Part shown: piece after piece, positions 1-8,360 of the stretch
Position numbering within the stretch: position 1 is the stretch's first letter
How the letters are laid out: each line of letters opens with the position of its first letter
Source of the DNA: a virus
Taxonomy: Duplodnaviria > Heunggongvirae > Uroviricota > Caudoviricetes
DNA: 26,336 bases
Strand: one strand, 5' to 3'
Virus record (IMG/VR): IMGVR_UViG_2695420403_000013
Coordinates: 1-26,336 of that record
The notes under the pieces: generated by a model
Database searches by the model: none
The model's input: only the letters and a program-made list of their open reading frames with translations
Told to the model about the DNA's origin: nothing
Position numbers and translations under genes: made by a program

Positions 1-744
1 CAGAAGGATAAGTTCGGCGCGGGTAAGAACGGTTTTACCCGTGGTAACCCCCAGACCGGCACGCCTGCCACCGATCTGGATGATGACTACTTTGACATGT
101 TGCAGGAGGAACTTTGCAGCGTGGTGGAGGCATCCGGTGCCAGCCTGGAGAAGGGGCGGCACGACCAGTTACTTACCGCACTTCGCGCGCTGCTGTTAAG
201 CCGCAAGAATCCGTTTGGCGATATCAAATCGGATGGCACTGTGCAAACGGCTCTCGAAAACCTTGGTTTGGGAGAAGGCTCTGCATTACCTGTTGGTGTC
301 CCTGTTCCGTGGCCTTCAGCCACTCCGCCAACAGGCTGGCTGAAATGCAACGGAGCAGCTTTTTCTGCTGAAGAATACCCGGAACTGGCAAAGGCTTACC
401 CGACAAATAAATTGCCAGATTTACGTGGTGAGTTTATTCGTGGCTGGGATGACGGGCGTGGTATTGATGCTGGACGTGCTTTATTGAGCCTTCAGGCTGG
501 GATGCTGGAAAAACACCGCCATATTGTTGTTGCCAATGATGGTTACGACACAAAAGATGAATGGGAACTGGCTACGATTTTCAAAAAAACATACACACAA
601 GGACGGGGACTTGATGCCACAAATACAGGAGGGAGTCTGATCCCATCACCGACACTTCATTCACGAGGGAGTATCGGTAATACTGGCGGGAGTGAGACCC
701 GTCCACGAAATATTGCATTTAACTTTATCGTAAGGGCTGCATAA
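1..744 (+). CDS. Tail fibre C-terminal region with phage tail-collar-type receptor-binding domain; 5' end outside window
   Basis: Frame 1 is open from nt 1 to the TAA at 742-744. Collar-domain-like motifs [29 protein letters not shown] and [16 protein letters not shown]. Stop overlaps the next ATG (TAATG). Confidence 0.6.
   Translation, partial: QKDKFGAGKNGFTRGNPQTGTPATDLDDDYFDMLQEELCSVVEASGASLEKGRHDQLLTALRALLLSRKNPFGDIKSDGTVQTALENLGLGEGSALPVGVPVPWPSATPPTGWLKCNGAAFSAEEYPELAKAYPTNKLPDLRGEFIRGWDDGRGIDAGRALLSLQAGMLEKHRHIVVANDGYDTKDEWELATIFKKTYTQGRGLDATNTGGSLIPSPTLHSRGSIGNTGGSETRPRNIAFNFIVRAA
251..276. repeat. Candidate DNA-invertase crossover site (hix/gix-like 26-mer), left copy
   Basis: ctctcgaaaaccTTggtttgggagaa. 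Core AAAACC-TT-GGTTT resembles the Hin/Gin site consensus as I recall it. 22/26 identical to the reverse complement of 2117..2142. Central TT lies at codon positions 2-3 of the Leu in the encoded ENLGLGE. Confidence 0.5.
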
Positions 745-1352
745 TGGATAACGCAGTATTAAATAGCGAGTTTATTGCCACGAAGGCGGGGAATATTACC
801 GTCTATAACTACGATGGTGAAACTCGGGAATATATTTCTGCATCAACTGAATATCTTGCAGTGGGTGTCGGTATTCCAGCATATTCCTGTTTAGACGCTC
901 CTGGTACATATAAGGCTGGTTATACAATTTGCCGTTCTGTAGATTTAAATTCATGGGAATATGTGCCAGACCATCGCGGTGAAATCGTCTATAACACCGA
1001 AACGGGAGATGCCAAAGAAATCACAGCACCGGGTGATCACCCCGAAAATACAACCACTATCGCCCCATTAACGCCATACGATAAATGGGATGGTGAGAAA
1101 TGGGTGACCGATACTGAGGCACAGCATAGCGCCGCAGTAGACGCGGCAGAAGCACAGCGTCAGTCACTGATTGATACTGCAATGGCTTCCATTAGTCTGA
1201 TTCAGCTGAAATTACAGGCCGGACGGAATCTGACGCAGTCAGAAACCAGCCGACTTAACACGGTGTTGGATTACATTGACGCGGTGACGGCAACAGATAC
1301 CAGCACCGCGCCGGATGTTATCTGGCCTGAACTGCCGGAGACTGCGCAATAA
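744..1352 (+). CDS. Tail fibre assembly protein (Tfa-like chaperone)
   Basis: 202 aa, directly follows the tail-fibre C-terminus with overlapping stop/start. C-terminal ...TSTAPDVIWPELPE is typical of Tfa proteins. Confidence 0.75.
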   Translation: MDNAVLNSEFIATKAGNITVYNYDGETREYISASTEYLAVGVGIPAYSCLDAPGTYKAGYTICRSVDLNSWEYVPDHRGEIVYNTETGDAKEITAPGDHPENTTTIAPLTPYDKWDGEKWVTDTEAQHSAAVDAAEAQRQSLIDTAMASISLIQLKLQAGRNLTQSETSRLNTVLDYIDAVTATDTSTAPDVIWPELPETAQ

Positions 1353-1521
1353 ACTCACCATCAATATATAAATCCCCCTGCTGTGTGTCAGCAGGGCATT
1401 CTTTCCATATTAATGATGGATGGAATCTTCCTTCAGGATTAATTTCCGTTATCTCTTCTACTTTATTTTCTTCAATTCTTGCCCACATATGAACCTCACC
1501 AGTAAATATAAACTGCGCCAT
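1318..1521 (-). CDS. Small ORF (67 aa) downstream of H; possible remnant or small accessory protein, function unknown
   Basis: ATG at 1519-1521 preceded by GGAG, overlaps the 3' end of H. The region is AT-rich and the ORF runs through the 1376-1396 hairpin, so the 3' part may not be coding. Confidence 0.25.
   Translation of the reverse strand: MAQFIFTGEVHMWARIEENKVEEITEINPEGRFHPSLIWKECPADTQQGDLYIDGEFIAQSPAVQAR
1376..1396. terminator. Stem-loop between the convergent tail-fibre modules, possible bidirectional terminator
   Basis: CCCTGCTG-tgtgt-CAGCAGGG, perfect 8-bp stem, 24 nt after the tfa stop, followed by cattctttcc. Confidence 0.4.
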
Positions 1522-3178
1522 CTGCTCCGGCACCCGACTGACCCGTTGATGAATTAGGACATAATCCAGCTCCGCCACCTCCAGGCCCAACTGCTGATAC
1601 CGCTTTTCCGTTAGCTGTATCTCTGAATGAACCTGCTCCTCCGGGGCCACCACCAGAACCACCATTACCAGCTCCCGATGCGGCAGAAGCAATGGAACCT
1701 GGAGAACCTGGCCCAAGCGATATATTAATTGTTCCCCCGACACCAACTGCGCCTAACCCTCCGGAAGGCTGGCCTCCGCTATAGCCTCCGGAAGCTGACA
1801 TGTAAGTCCCGAAACTGCTCGAGCCACCATTTTTACCGTTTACAGAAATACCAGACACAGGCGCACCACCGGTACCAACCGTAATCGAAACACTGTTTAT
1901 ACCAGTTAAATCTACCAGCCCCTCAGCAACTCCGCCCCCACCACCTCCTCCGCCACATGTAACGGCTGAAGCGGTTGTTGAACCTATCCCTCCTGACGCA
2001 CCGCCACCAATAACTTTGACGTAACATTTTCTTCCTTTGCGCAACTCTTCAGGAACAGTCCAGCTTGTTACTCCAGCCGTTGTGAAGGCAACCAGATTTC
2101 TGAACCCAAATGAACCTTCTCTCAAACCAAGGTATGCGAGAAGACCAGCTACATCCTTTCCACTCAAATTAGTCAGCGTATTGTCCAGCGGTTGTTTACC
2201 TGCTAGCGCATTAAGCATTGTCGTGGCAAAGTTCGGGTCATTCCCCAGCGCCGCCGCCAGTTCGTTCAGTGTATCCAGTGCCGCAGGTGCAGAACCCACC
2301 ATTGCTGCAATCGCTGATTTCACAAAAGCTGTAGTGGCAATCTGTGTATTGTTGACCGACTGTGCCGCAGTAGGTGCTGTTGGCGTTCCGGTGAGTGCCG
2401 GACTCGACAGCGGTGCTTTTAGTGCCAGCGCATTGTTAATGGTGGTACTGAATTTCGGGTCATTGTTAATGGCTTCGGCAATTTCTTTCAGTGTGTCCAG
2501 CGTGGCTGGCGCACCGTTAATCAGAGCAGTAATAGCGGCCTGAACAAACTCAGTGGTCGCAATCCGCGTGGTGTTATTTCCTGCTGCAGGCGTCGGCGCT
2601 TTTGGTTCTCCGGTAAATGTCGGATTATGTTTCTGCGCATACTGGGTATGAGGATCTTGTGCGGCAATGTGGTTTCTCATCTGGTCATCCACATACAGCT
2701 TTAATTCCAGGACTTCATCATCCACGTATTTACGGGTTGCCAGCACTACAGCAGGGTCGATTTTCAGGGTGATATTGTCCGTACTGCTGGTAATCAGCAC
2801 CATGCGCACGGTCTGGGTGCGCCCGCTGCCTTCAGCCAGTTGCGGCTTATAGCTTTCCGGGCAGTTGCCCACGGCAATCAATGCCCCGGACTCATCAAAC
2901 AGGCCCACTTCACGTATCCACCAACCGCCCTCGTTTTCAGGGATCACCTGTTCAGCAATAATCTGGCTGCTGTTCTGCGGGTCGATGTACAGCATATTCA
3001 GCGCAGCCCGGCGTTTCTCATTTACTAATGCTGTCTGCTTTGCGTCCGGCGTTGGCAATGTTCCGCCGCCATCGCCTACCGCCATATGGGTAATTTTTAG
3101 CGGCACACCGAGCGCGGCGGCGCTGGCAAGTTTCGCCGCGCCAATATCCGTCAGCAGGGTATAAAATTTTGTGCTCAT
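1496..3178 (-). CDS. H: Tail fibre protein, P2 gpH-like N-terminal/shaft region with a glycine-rich C-terminal domain
   Basis: 560 aa. N-terminus MSTKFYTLLTDIGAAKLASAA...MAVGDGGG...GGWWIREVGLFD resembles P2 gpH as recalled. Internal repeats (ALINGAPATLDTL / AAMVGSAPAALDTL). C-terminal ~170 aa is very Gly/Ser-rich. ATG overlaps the upstream gene's stop. Confidence 0.85.
   Translation of the reverse strand: MSTKFYTLLTDIGAAKLASAAALGVPLKITHMAVGDGGGTLPTPDAKQTALVNEKRRAALNMLYIDPQNSSQIIAEQVIPENEGGWWIREVGLFDESGALIAVGNCPESYKPQLAEGSGRTQTVRMVLITSSTDNITLKIDPAVVLATRKYVDDEVLELKLYVDDQMRNHIAAQDPHTQYAQKHNPTFTGEPKAPTPAAGNNTTRIATTEFVQAAITALINGAPATLDTLKEIAEAINNDPKFSTTINNALALKAPLSSPALTGTPTAPTAAQSVNNTQIATTAFVKSAIAAMVGSAPAALDTLNELAAALGNDPNFATTMLNALAGKQPLDNTLTNLSGKDVAGLLAYLGLREGSFGFRNLVAFTTAGVTSWTVPEELRKGRKCYVKVIGGGASGGIGSTTASAVTCGGGGGGGGVAEGLVDLTGINSVSITVGTGGAPVSGISVNGKNGGSSSFGTYMSASGGYSGGQPSGGLGAVGVGGTINISLGPGSPGSIASAASGAGNGGSGGGPGGAGSFRDTANGKAVSAVGPGGGGAGLCPNSSTGQSGAGADGAVYIYW
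2117..2142. repeat. Candidate DNA-invertase crossover site, right copy, inside H
   Basis: ttctctcaaaccAAggtatgcgagaa. Its reverse complement ttctcgcataccTTggtttgagagaa matches 251..276 at 22/26. Centre lies at codon positions 2-3 of Leu350 of H (LLAYLGLRE). Confidence 0.5.
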
Positions 3179-3780
3179 GGATTCACTCTCATTGTGTCAA
3201 TAACATGGACCGCCCCGCCTTCATGCGCGGTGCCGCCAGAAATAATTGTTTCGTTGATATACGGATAGATCGTAATTTCTTCGCCAAGATAGCTTGCAGC
3301 CCCCACCCAATATGGACCGCTGGTCTGCAGGTTGATGGACATGCCGATCATGTGGCGGCTACATGGTTTGGCATCGCTTATCAGTCGCTCAAGTTCCAGA
3401 TAGGTATCTTCAGTGATGCCCTGGTCCTGCACGCCGATATCCAGACGAAACGTGCCCGGTGTTTCTCCGGTATGCCACCACTCAATAATGCGGATCAGAA
3501 AGCCGAACGGCTCCACCACCCGCCGCACGGCACTGGTGGTCCCTTTATGCTGATGAATATAAAAAGCATCCTTCACCACCTGGCGCTTGACGCTTTCTGT
3601 CCAGCTCTCGTCCCAGCGATCCACAGAGAACGCCCAGGCGAGATAAGGCAGGAAACTGACCGGACAGGTTGCCGGATTCCACAAGTCACGCAGCGGCACC
3701 TGCAGATCAGTAATCCCGCTGCAGGTTTGCGCCAGTCGGCGCTCCAGTGAAGTTGAACCCGGTGGCAGCAGACTATTCAT
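3175..3780 (-). CDS. I: Baseplate assembly protein, gpI-like
   Basis: 201 aa, between J-like and H-like genes, overlapping stop/start with both neighbours. Confidence 0.8.
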   Translation of the reverse strand: MNSLLPPGSTSLERRLAQTCSGITDLQVPLRDLWNPATCPVSFLPYLAWAFSVDRWDESWTESVKRQVVKDAFYIHQHKGTTSAVRRVVEPFGFLIRIIEWWHTGETPGTFRLDIGVQDQGITEDTYLELERLISDAKPCSRHMIGMSINLQTSGPYWVGAASYLGEEITIYPYINETIISGGTAHEGGAVHVIDTMRVNP

Positions 3781-4681
3781 CCGTTCCTCCGTTGGTTACG
3801 CTCCACTGCGTACATGATGCCGCCTGCGTTTTGTTCAGAACCACATCCGCCAGCGGAGAAGCCAGTTCCACACGTTGAACACCCTCAACATGCAGCGCGG
3901 CAAAAATGGCGCTACGGCGAATATCCCGACCAAGCCGCGTCTGACTGGCAATGTACCTCTGCAGGCTGGCTTTTGCCGCTGCCATTACCGGCTCTGCTTC
4001 CGGTCCCGGATAGAGAAAAATGGTGGCTTCCACGCGGTACGGGATGATTTCCGCGCTGCGAACCGTCAGACGGTCAGCCACCGGGCGGACATTCTCACTG
4101 TTCAGTGCTTTCTCCACCACATCCAGCAGGTCTTTTTCTGCTGTTCCGTCGCCTTCGCGGCTAAGGACTGTCAGCACCACCTCTGCAGGTGCCGGACTGG
4201 TTGCACTGGCATCCGCCACCCGACCGTCGGCGCTTCGGGCATGAAATTCATAAGCGGCAGTTGGTCCCGCAACTGAAAGCCCCTCAAAGGCTGCAGGCAC
4301 ACGCAGGCGTAACGCTTCATCGCTTTCCATCACTGCTGCAACGGGCGGCACAGCGTCATTATCAGCAGGCGTCACCGTCAGGCGTTTCACGTTGTAGTTG
4401 GCAGCGATCTGGTCAAGATCGCCGCCCATCGCGTAAGCCACCATTACCGCCTGCGCGGCTTCGTTAATGCGCTGACGCAGAAGCAACTCACGGTAAGCGT
4501 TCTCCTGCAACAATTTGGTGACGGGTTCAGATTCCAGTTCCAGCGTGCGGATCACTGCTTCCTGCTCATCTTTCGGATGAAGCGCCACAAATTCTGCCTT
4601 GCGTTCGGCAAGCAGCGTCTCAAAGTCCGGCACATCCACAATCTGCGGCGCAGGCAACTGCGAAAGGTCAATCACTGCCAT
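3773..4681 (-). CDS. J: Baseplate assembly protein, gpJ-like
   Basis: Start moved to ATG at 4679-4681 (MAVIDLSQLP...), which overlaps the stop of W. The listed ORF start at 4720 is an upstream extension. Confidence 0.85.
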   Translation of the reverse strand: MAVIDLSQLPAPQIVDVPDFETLLAERKAEFVALHPKDEQEAVIRTLELESEPVTKLLQENAYRELLLRQRINEAAQAVMVAYAMGGDLDQIAANYNVKRLTVTPADNDAVPPVAAVMESDEALRLRVPAAFEGLSVAGPTAAYEFHARSADGRVADASATSPAPAEVVLTVLSREGDGTAEKDLLDVVEKALNSENVRPVADRLTVRSAEIIPYRVEATIFLYPGPEAEPVMAAAKASLQRYIASQTRLGRDIRRSAIFAALHVEGVQRVELASPLADVVLNKTQAASCTQWSVTNGGTDE

Positions 4682-5027
4682 TCTCTGCTCCTGTTGATAC
4701 GGAAAGGGAAACAGGCACACCGTTATTCCGCCGCCCGGTCAGCTCCACCACCATTGAACCGTCAAAATTGCTGTGGATGGTGATGGAATCCAGCGTCAGC
4801 CGTGGCTCCCAGCGACTCAGCGCCACATACACTGCCGACATGACCTGCAGGCGTAATGCCGGATTTTGTGGCTGGTCTATCAGTGCCGACAGCAGGGAAC
4901 CATATTCACGACGGGCAATGCGACTACCCTGTGGTGTCAGCAGAATGTCCCGCACCGACTGGCGCAGATGGTCAATATCAGTAATGGCTTTGCCGCTGGT
5001 ATTGTTCATCCCGCTATAAAGCGTCAT
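4668..5027 (-). CDS. W: Baseplate assembly protein, gpW-like (gp25/GPW family)
   Basis: 119 aa. MTLYSGMN...DILLTPQGSRIARREYGSLLSALIDQP matches my recollection of P2 gpW. Confidence 0.85.
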   Translation of the reverse strand: MTLYSGMNNTSGKAITDIDHLRQSVRDILLTPQGSRIARREYGSLLSALIDQPQNPALRLQVMSAVYVALSRWEPRLTLDSITIHSNFDGSMVVELTGRRNNGVPVSLSVSTGAENGSD

Positions 5028-5602
5028 ACCGGGCCTCCAGTTGTATCGCCGCCTTTCAGGACGCCAGTATGCTGATGCGCATCAACCACGATCCCGTTAG
5101 AACTCATCGCTCCGCCGCCCTGGGTAATGCCACCATTGATCACCACTTCACTGTTAATGCGCGTGCGGTCAGCCTCCAGTACAAACTCACTGGTTTTCAT
5201 GGTGATGTTGTCAGCGGCCTCAATGACCATTGATTTGATGCCCCTGACATACCAGCGCCCGGTGGCGGGTTCGTATTCAAACCAGCCACCGTCAGGATGT
5301 TCTATCACGCAGGCGTCCGCCGACGTCGACGGTGGCGCGAACTGATTCGAATAGATGGCGGGTAACGCAAAGGCGGTTTCCAGATTGCCGCCCAGACTCA
5401 GCAGCACCACCTGCTCACCTTCCGATGGTCGCCACCATGTGCGAGCATTACCCGCGCGCAGCGTCAGCCAGTTAATCCAGTTGGTTTCAAGGTCGCCCGT
5501 TTTCACCCGACAAAGCCAGTTTTCCCGGTCCACTTCGGTGACTACACCTATGCGGATCAGATTGGTGATAAGGCGCATGATTTCGGTTAGTTGTGCGTTC
5601 AT
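5024..5602 (-). CDS. V: Baseplate spike/assembly protein, gpV-like
   Basis: Start placed at ATG 5600-5602 (MNAQLTEIMRLI...), giving 192 aa. The 273-aa listed ORF has an N-terminal extension reaching into the AT-rich intergenic region. ...TWW.PSEGEQV... resembles P2 gpV. Confidence 0.85.
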   Translation of the reverse strand: MNAQLTEIMRLITNLIRIGVVTEVDRENWLCRVKTGDLETNWINWLTLRAGNARTWWRPSEGEQVVLLSLGGNLETAFALPAIYSNQFAPPSTSADACVIEHPDGGWFEYEPATGRWYVRGIKSMVIEAADNITMKTSEFVLEADRTRINSEVVINGGITQGGGAMSSNGIVVDAHQHTGVLKGGDTTGGPV

Positions 5603-5648
5603 AGATATATGATGACAGCTGAAAACTTGTTTATAACTTCTTGCAAAT

Positions 5649-5666
5649 TGTGGTATCGATGGTACA
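5649..5666. promoter_or_regulatory. TGT-N12-ACA dyad in the V upstream region, candidate late-activator (Ogr/B-type) site
   Basis: tgtggtatcgatggtaca. P2-family late promoters carry a TGT-N12-ACA element upstream; spacing to the V start is not a clean fit. Confidence 0.3.
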
Positions 5667-5705
5667 AATTGATAAAAGGATAAAAAACAACCAATAGGTG
5701 GATAA

Positions 5706-6512
5706 ATGAGTGTTATGAATCCAATAAGTTCTAATATATTTAATGCTGAATTTTTAAACACCCCGGCAGCGGCACTTGCCGCATGGATTTCCATTATTGG
5801 AGCTGTTATAACTTTGGTGACGATAGTTATAAGAGCACTATTCAAATATAGAAAATCTCATGATGTAATTTTGAAAAAATCAGGAATACCTGCGTTTATA
5901 TTAAATTTTTTTCTTATACGAATATCATTAAAAAGGCTGCCTACTATCACATGGGCTGAAAAATCAATCACGGTTCTCTTTTCACTTCTTTTTTTGTGTG
6001 CAATTTATATTTTTGGTCCAGTTTTCATCCAAGCCATTAGAACCCCACCAAATAGCACATTGCTTTATTGGATAAAGTCCGGTGAATCATTTTATATGTC
6101 AAAAAAACTGGCGACTGCAGCTACAATATTAACCACTCCTGATTGGGAAATATCAAAGGATGATTGCGAAGAGTCATCCTCTGCCAGTACAGAGAAGTAC
6201 AAATCATTAACTATCGAACATAAAGAAATTCTTTGTAAACTACTAACCACTGATGAAGGGAATGCTTACATTGATGAAGAAGTCAAGAATTTCGTTAAAG
6301 ACAAATTCTTTATCTATTCCTTTGCCCCAACAACCATATTTATTCTATTATGGATTTCTTTGGGTTTTATACTGACCATTCACTATTCTAAAAAAGTTAG
6401 GAAATATATTCTGACTGAACAAAAAAATGCAATTCATTGGGCATATGGTGAATTCAAGACAGAAGGAATCTATTCAATATATCAAGAGTTAGAACGTAAG
6501 ACTCACCATTAA
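5706..6512 (+). CDS. Cargo gene: multi-pass inner-membrane protein of unknown function
   Basis: 268 aa, AT-rich, opposite strand to the flanking late operons. AGGTGG ribosome-binding site before the ATG. About 4 hydrophobic helices plus a ~90-aa acidic soluble loop. Confidence 0.6.
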   Translation: MSVMNPISSNIFNAEFLNTPAAALAAWISIIGAVITLVTIVIRALFKYRKSHDVILKKSGIPAFILNFFLIRISLKRLPTITWAEKSITVLFSLLFLCAIYIFGPVFIQAIRTPPNSTLLYWIKSGESFYMSKKLATAATILTTPDWEISKDDCEESSSASTEKYKSLTIEHKEILCKLLTTDEGNAYIDEEVKNFVKDKFFIYSFAPTTIFILLWISLGFILTIHYSKKVRKYILTEQKNAIHWAYGEFKTEGIYSIYQELERKTHH

Positions 6513-6900
6513 GACCCAACAAACGACGCTCTGCGTAACGCACTTCTGGTCCTTTGCGGCTGACGCGATCGCGCAGGCCATAATGGTGAACGCGGGCAAT
6601 GCGCTGCACCTTACTTTCAAACTGTACGCTGGCAGAGTCGGCGCTGGCGGCGGTTTTCAGGTATTTGGTGGTGCGCAGCTTTGCAAACATCTGACGTTTG
6701 ATGCGGCCTTTTTTACTGCGCGCCGTGACCTTGCGCGGTTCATAACTGCTGCCATCTGGATTGCGCTGCATCCTGATATTCTGCTGCTGTGTCCGGCGCA
6801 GTTCCTGCGCCAGCTGGCGCATCATGCGGCTTCTTGCGACTGGTTCCAGATTCGCCAGTAAGGCACTAAGCCAGTCGTCCACCTTCTGCAGTTCAGCCAC
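6454..6900 (-). CDS. S: Tail completion protein, gpS-like
   Basis: 148 aa, position between R and V. The last ~19 codons lie in the AT-rich cargo DNA and overlap the 3' end of the 5706..6512 gene. Confidence 0.8.
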   Translation of the reverse strand: MAELQKVDDWLSALLANLEPVARSRMMRQLAQELRRTQQQNIRMQRNPDGSSYEPRKVTARSKKGRIKRQMFAKLRTTKYLKTAASADSASVQFESKVQRIARVHHYGLRDRVSRKGPEVRYAERRLLGLNGESYVLTLDILNRFLLS

Positions 6901-7345
6901 GTTTCACCGTCCACATTTCTTCAGGTTCATCGGGTTCTGCTACAGCTTCAACGCTCGACACACTGCCGTCAGTGCTGACCAGCACACGTTCCGTCAGTTG
7001 CAGGTTAAGGCTGATATCACAGACATCGTTACGCAGAATATCCACCTCAAAGGTAAATAGTTTTTCCCGTAACGCCGGGTTATTGATGGCATCGGGCTGG
7101 TTATCCCGCAGCCACAGCAAAACCGGGGCCATCAGCAGATTCTGGTCGCCGCTGAAATCCTCAATCACCGCGTTCAGGGTGTAACGGTACTCCCACGACA
7201 TGGAGCTGGCCCCCGTGGCAACCAGCGAACCGTTATCCACAAACAGATGCAGTTTGTCCGGGTTATTGCGGACATAAGGCACCGCTTTACTGAGGGCGTG
7301 GCGCAGGGATTGTGGTTTGTTCACTGTTTCGCTCCTGACACGCAA
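6893..7345 (-). CDS. R: Tail completion protein, gpR-like
   Basis: 150 aa. ...KPQSLRHALSKAV...NPDKLHLFVDNGS... resembles P2 gpR. The true start may be an internal GTG. Confidence 0.8.
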   Translation of the reverse strand: MRVRSETVNKPQSLRHALSKAVPYVRNNPDKLHLFVDNGSLVATGASSMSWEYRYTLNAVIEDFSGDQNLLMAPVLLWLRDNQPDAINNPALREKLFTFEVDILRNDVCDISLNLQLTERVLVSTDGSVSSVEAVAEPDEPEEMWTVKRG

Positions 7346-7577
7346 TAATCATGTCCACTTTGTCTGCACAGACCGCCCAGGCGGCCTCCGTTTCATCCAG
7401 CAACGCGTTCAGATCACCGTTAGTGCGCGGCGTTGCCTGAGCCAGCCGACACGGCGTCACTCGCGGACAACCACTGACGGTAAGCTGTACCTCCGGTGAG
7501 TGCCGGACGTTCCCGCAGCCGGGTAATGTCAGCAGGCAAAGGAGTATCAGCCCAGCGGCGTAAATCCTCGTTCTCAC
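7287..7577 (-). CDS. lysC: Outer-membrane spanin lipoprotein (LysC/Rz1-like), embedded out of frame in LysB and R
   Basis: Lipobox LLTLPGCG after a hydrophobic signal sequence, Pro-rich, nested in the spanin gene as in P2 lysC. Confidence 0.6.
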   Translation of the reverse strand: MRTRIYAAGLILLCLLTLPGCGNVRHSPEVQLTVSGCPRVTPCRLAQATPRTNGDLNALLDETEAAWAVCADKVDMIIACQERNSEQTTIPAPRPQ

Positions 7578-7848
7578 GTTTCAGTTCCTCGATCCGGTGT
7601 TGTCGTTGTCTCAGCAGTGCGCTGGTCTGTTCTGCTTCGGCATAGAGCCGCGCCTGCTCCAGGTTATTGGTTTCAGTCAGAATGGACAGACCGATCAGCT
7701 GGCTGTTTTTCTTCGTCAGTTCCTGCGCTTTACTTTTCAGCGCCGCGCGCTGCGTTTCGATGGTGTGGCTGGCGCTGTTAAGCCGCCACGACTGCCAGCC
7801 CAGCGCAACGAGTGCCAGCGCCACCACTACTGCCAGCGCACGCGTCAT
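7420..7848 (-). CDS. lysB: Inner-membrane spanin (LysB/Rz-like)
   Basis: 142 aa with an N-terminal TM helix (ALAVVVALALVALGW) followed by a coiled-coil region. Immediately downstream of the endolysin. Confidence 0.7.
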   Translation of the reverse strand: MTRALAVVVALALVALGWQSWRLNSASHTIETQRAALKSKAQELTKKNSQLIGLSILTETNNLEQARLYAEAEQTSALLRQRQHRIEELKRENEDLRRWADTPLPADITRLRERPALTGGTAYRQWLSASDAVSAGSGNAAH

Positions 7849-8360
7849 AGTCCAGCTCCTTTAAGGCACCAGGCCATCTCCCGCGCACGGCGGTTATCCA
7901 GCCCCTGATTAAAAACACCTTTCACATAAACCCAGCGCGGCAACTGTCGGCACGCATCCGCCCAGCGCCGCTGATTGAGCAATTTCACCAGCGTGGAACT
8001 GCAGGCATTGCCCGTTCCCACGTTGAAGGCAAACGACACCGCAGCGTCATACACCTTCTGCGGCGGCTGTTGCTTCACACACCTTTCCAGCGCCCGCTCC
8101 ACACGCAGCACGTTGGAGATCAGCCCTTCCGCTGCCTGTCGTTCCGTAATGGTTTTGCCCGGGATGACGCCCGATGTATTACCAATGCCGTCGGTCCAGA
8201 CACCCGCGCTGCACTGATACGGCTGCAGACGACAGCCTTCGTAATCAGCAATCAGTTTCAGCCCCTCCACGGAGGTGTGAAGCTGCTGAAAACCCGGCAG
8301 CGTGGCAGTAATAGCCAGCACGGTCCCGACAAGGCAGCGTTTAACGATTGATGGATTCAT
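7845..8360 (-). CDS. K: Endolysin (phage lysozyme, gpK-like) with N-terminal signal-anchor
   Basis: 171 aa. Hydrophobic N-terminus VGTVLAITATLPG, then EGLKLIADYEGCRLQPYQCSAGVWTDGIGNT, a lysozyme-like catalytic region. Confidence 0.8.
   Translation of the reverse strand: MNPSIVKRCLVGTVLAITATLPGFQQLHTSVEGLKLIADYEGCRLQPYQCSAGVWTDGIGNTSGVIPGKTITERQAAEGLISNVLRVERALERCVKQQPPQKVYDAAVSFAFNVGTGNACSSTLVKLLNQRRWADACRQLPRWVYVKGVFNQGLDNRRAREMAWCLKGAGL

Noticed and set aside
28-39. aacGGTTTTacc, a possible third crossover half-site
   Set aside because: Only a partial half-site with no matching second half; not supported as a full 26-bp site.
1496-2011. Gly-rich stretch as a non-coding repeat or CRISPR-like array
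   Set aside because: It is a continuous in-frame part of the H ORF with no regular repeat-spacer periodicity. No CRISPR array is present in the window.
2037-2543. 168-aa + strand ORF inside the H gene
   Set aside because: Antisense shadow ORF within a well-supported tail-fibre gene, with Ala/Ser-rich low-complexity translation.
5603-5845. N-terminal extension of the V ORF (listed start 5845)
   Set aside because: The extension is hydrophobic AT-rich sequence overlapping the cargo gene promoter and start. The gpV-like sequence begins at the internal ATG 5600-5602.
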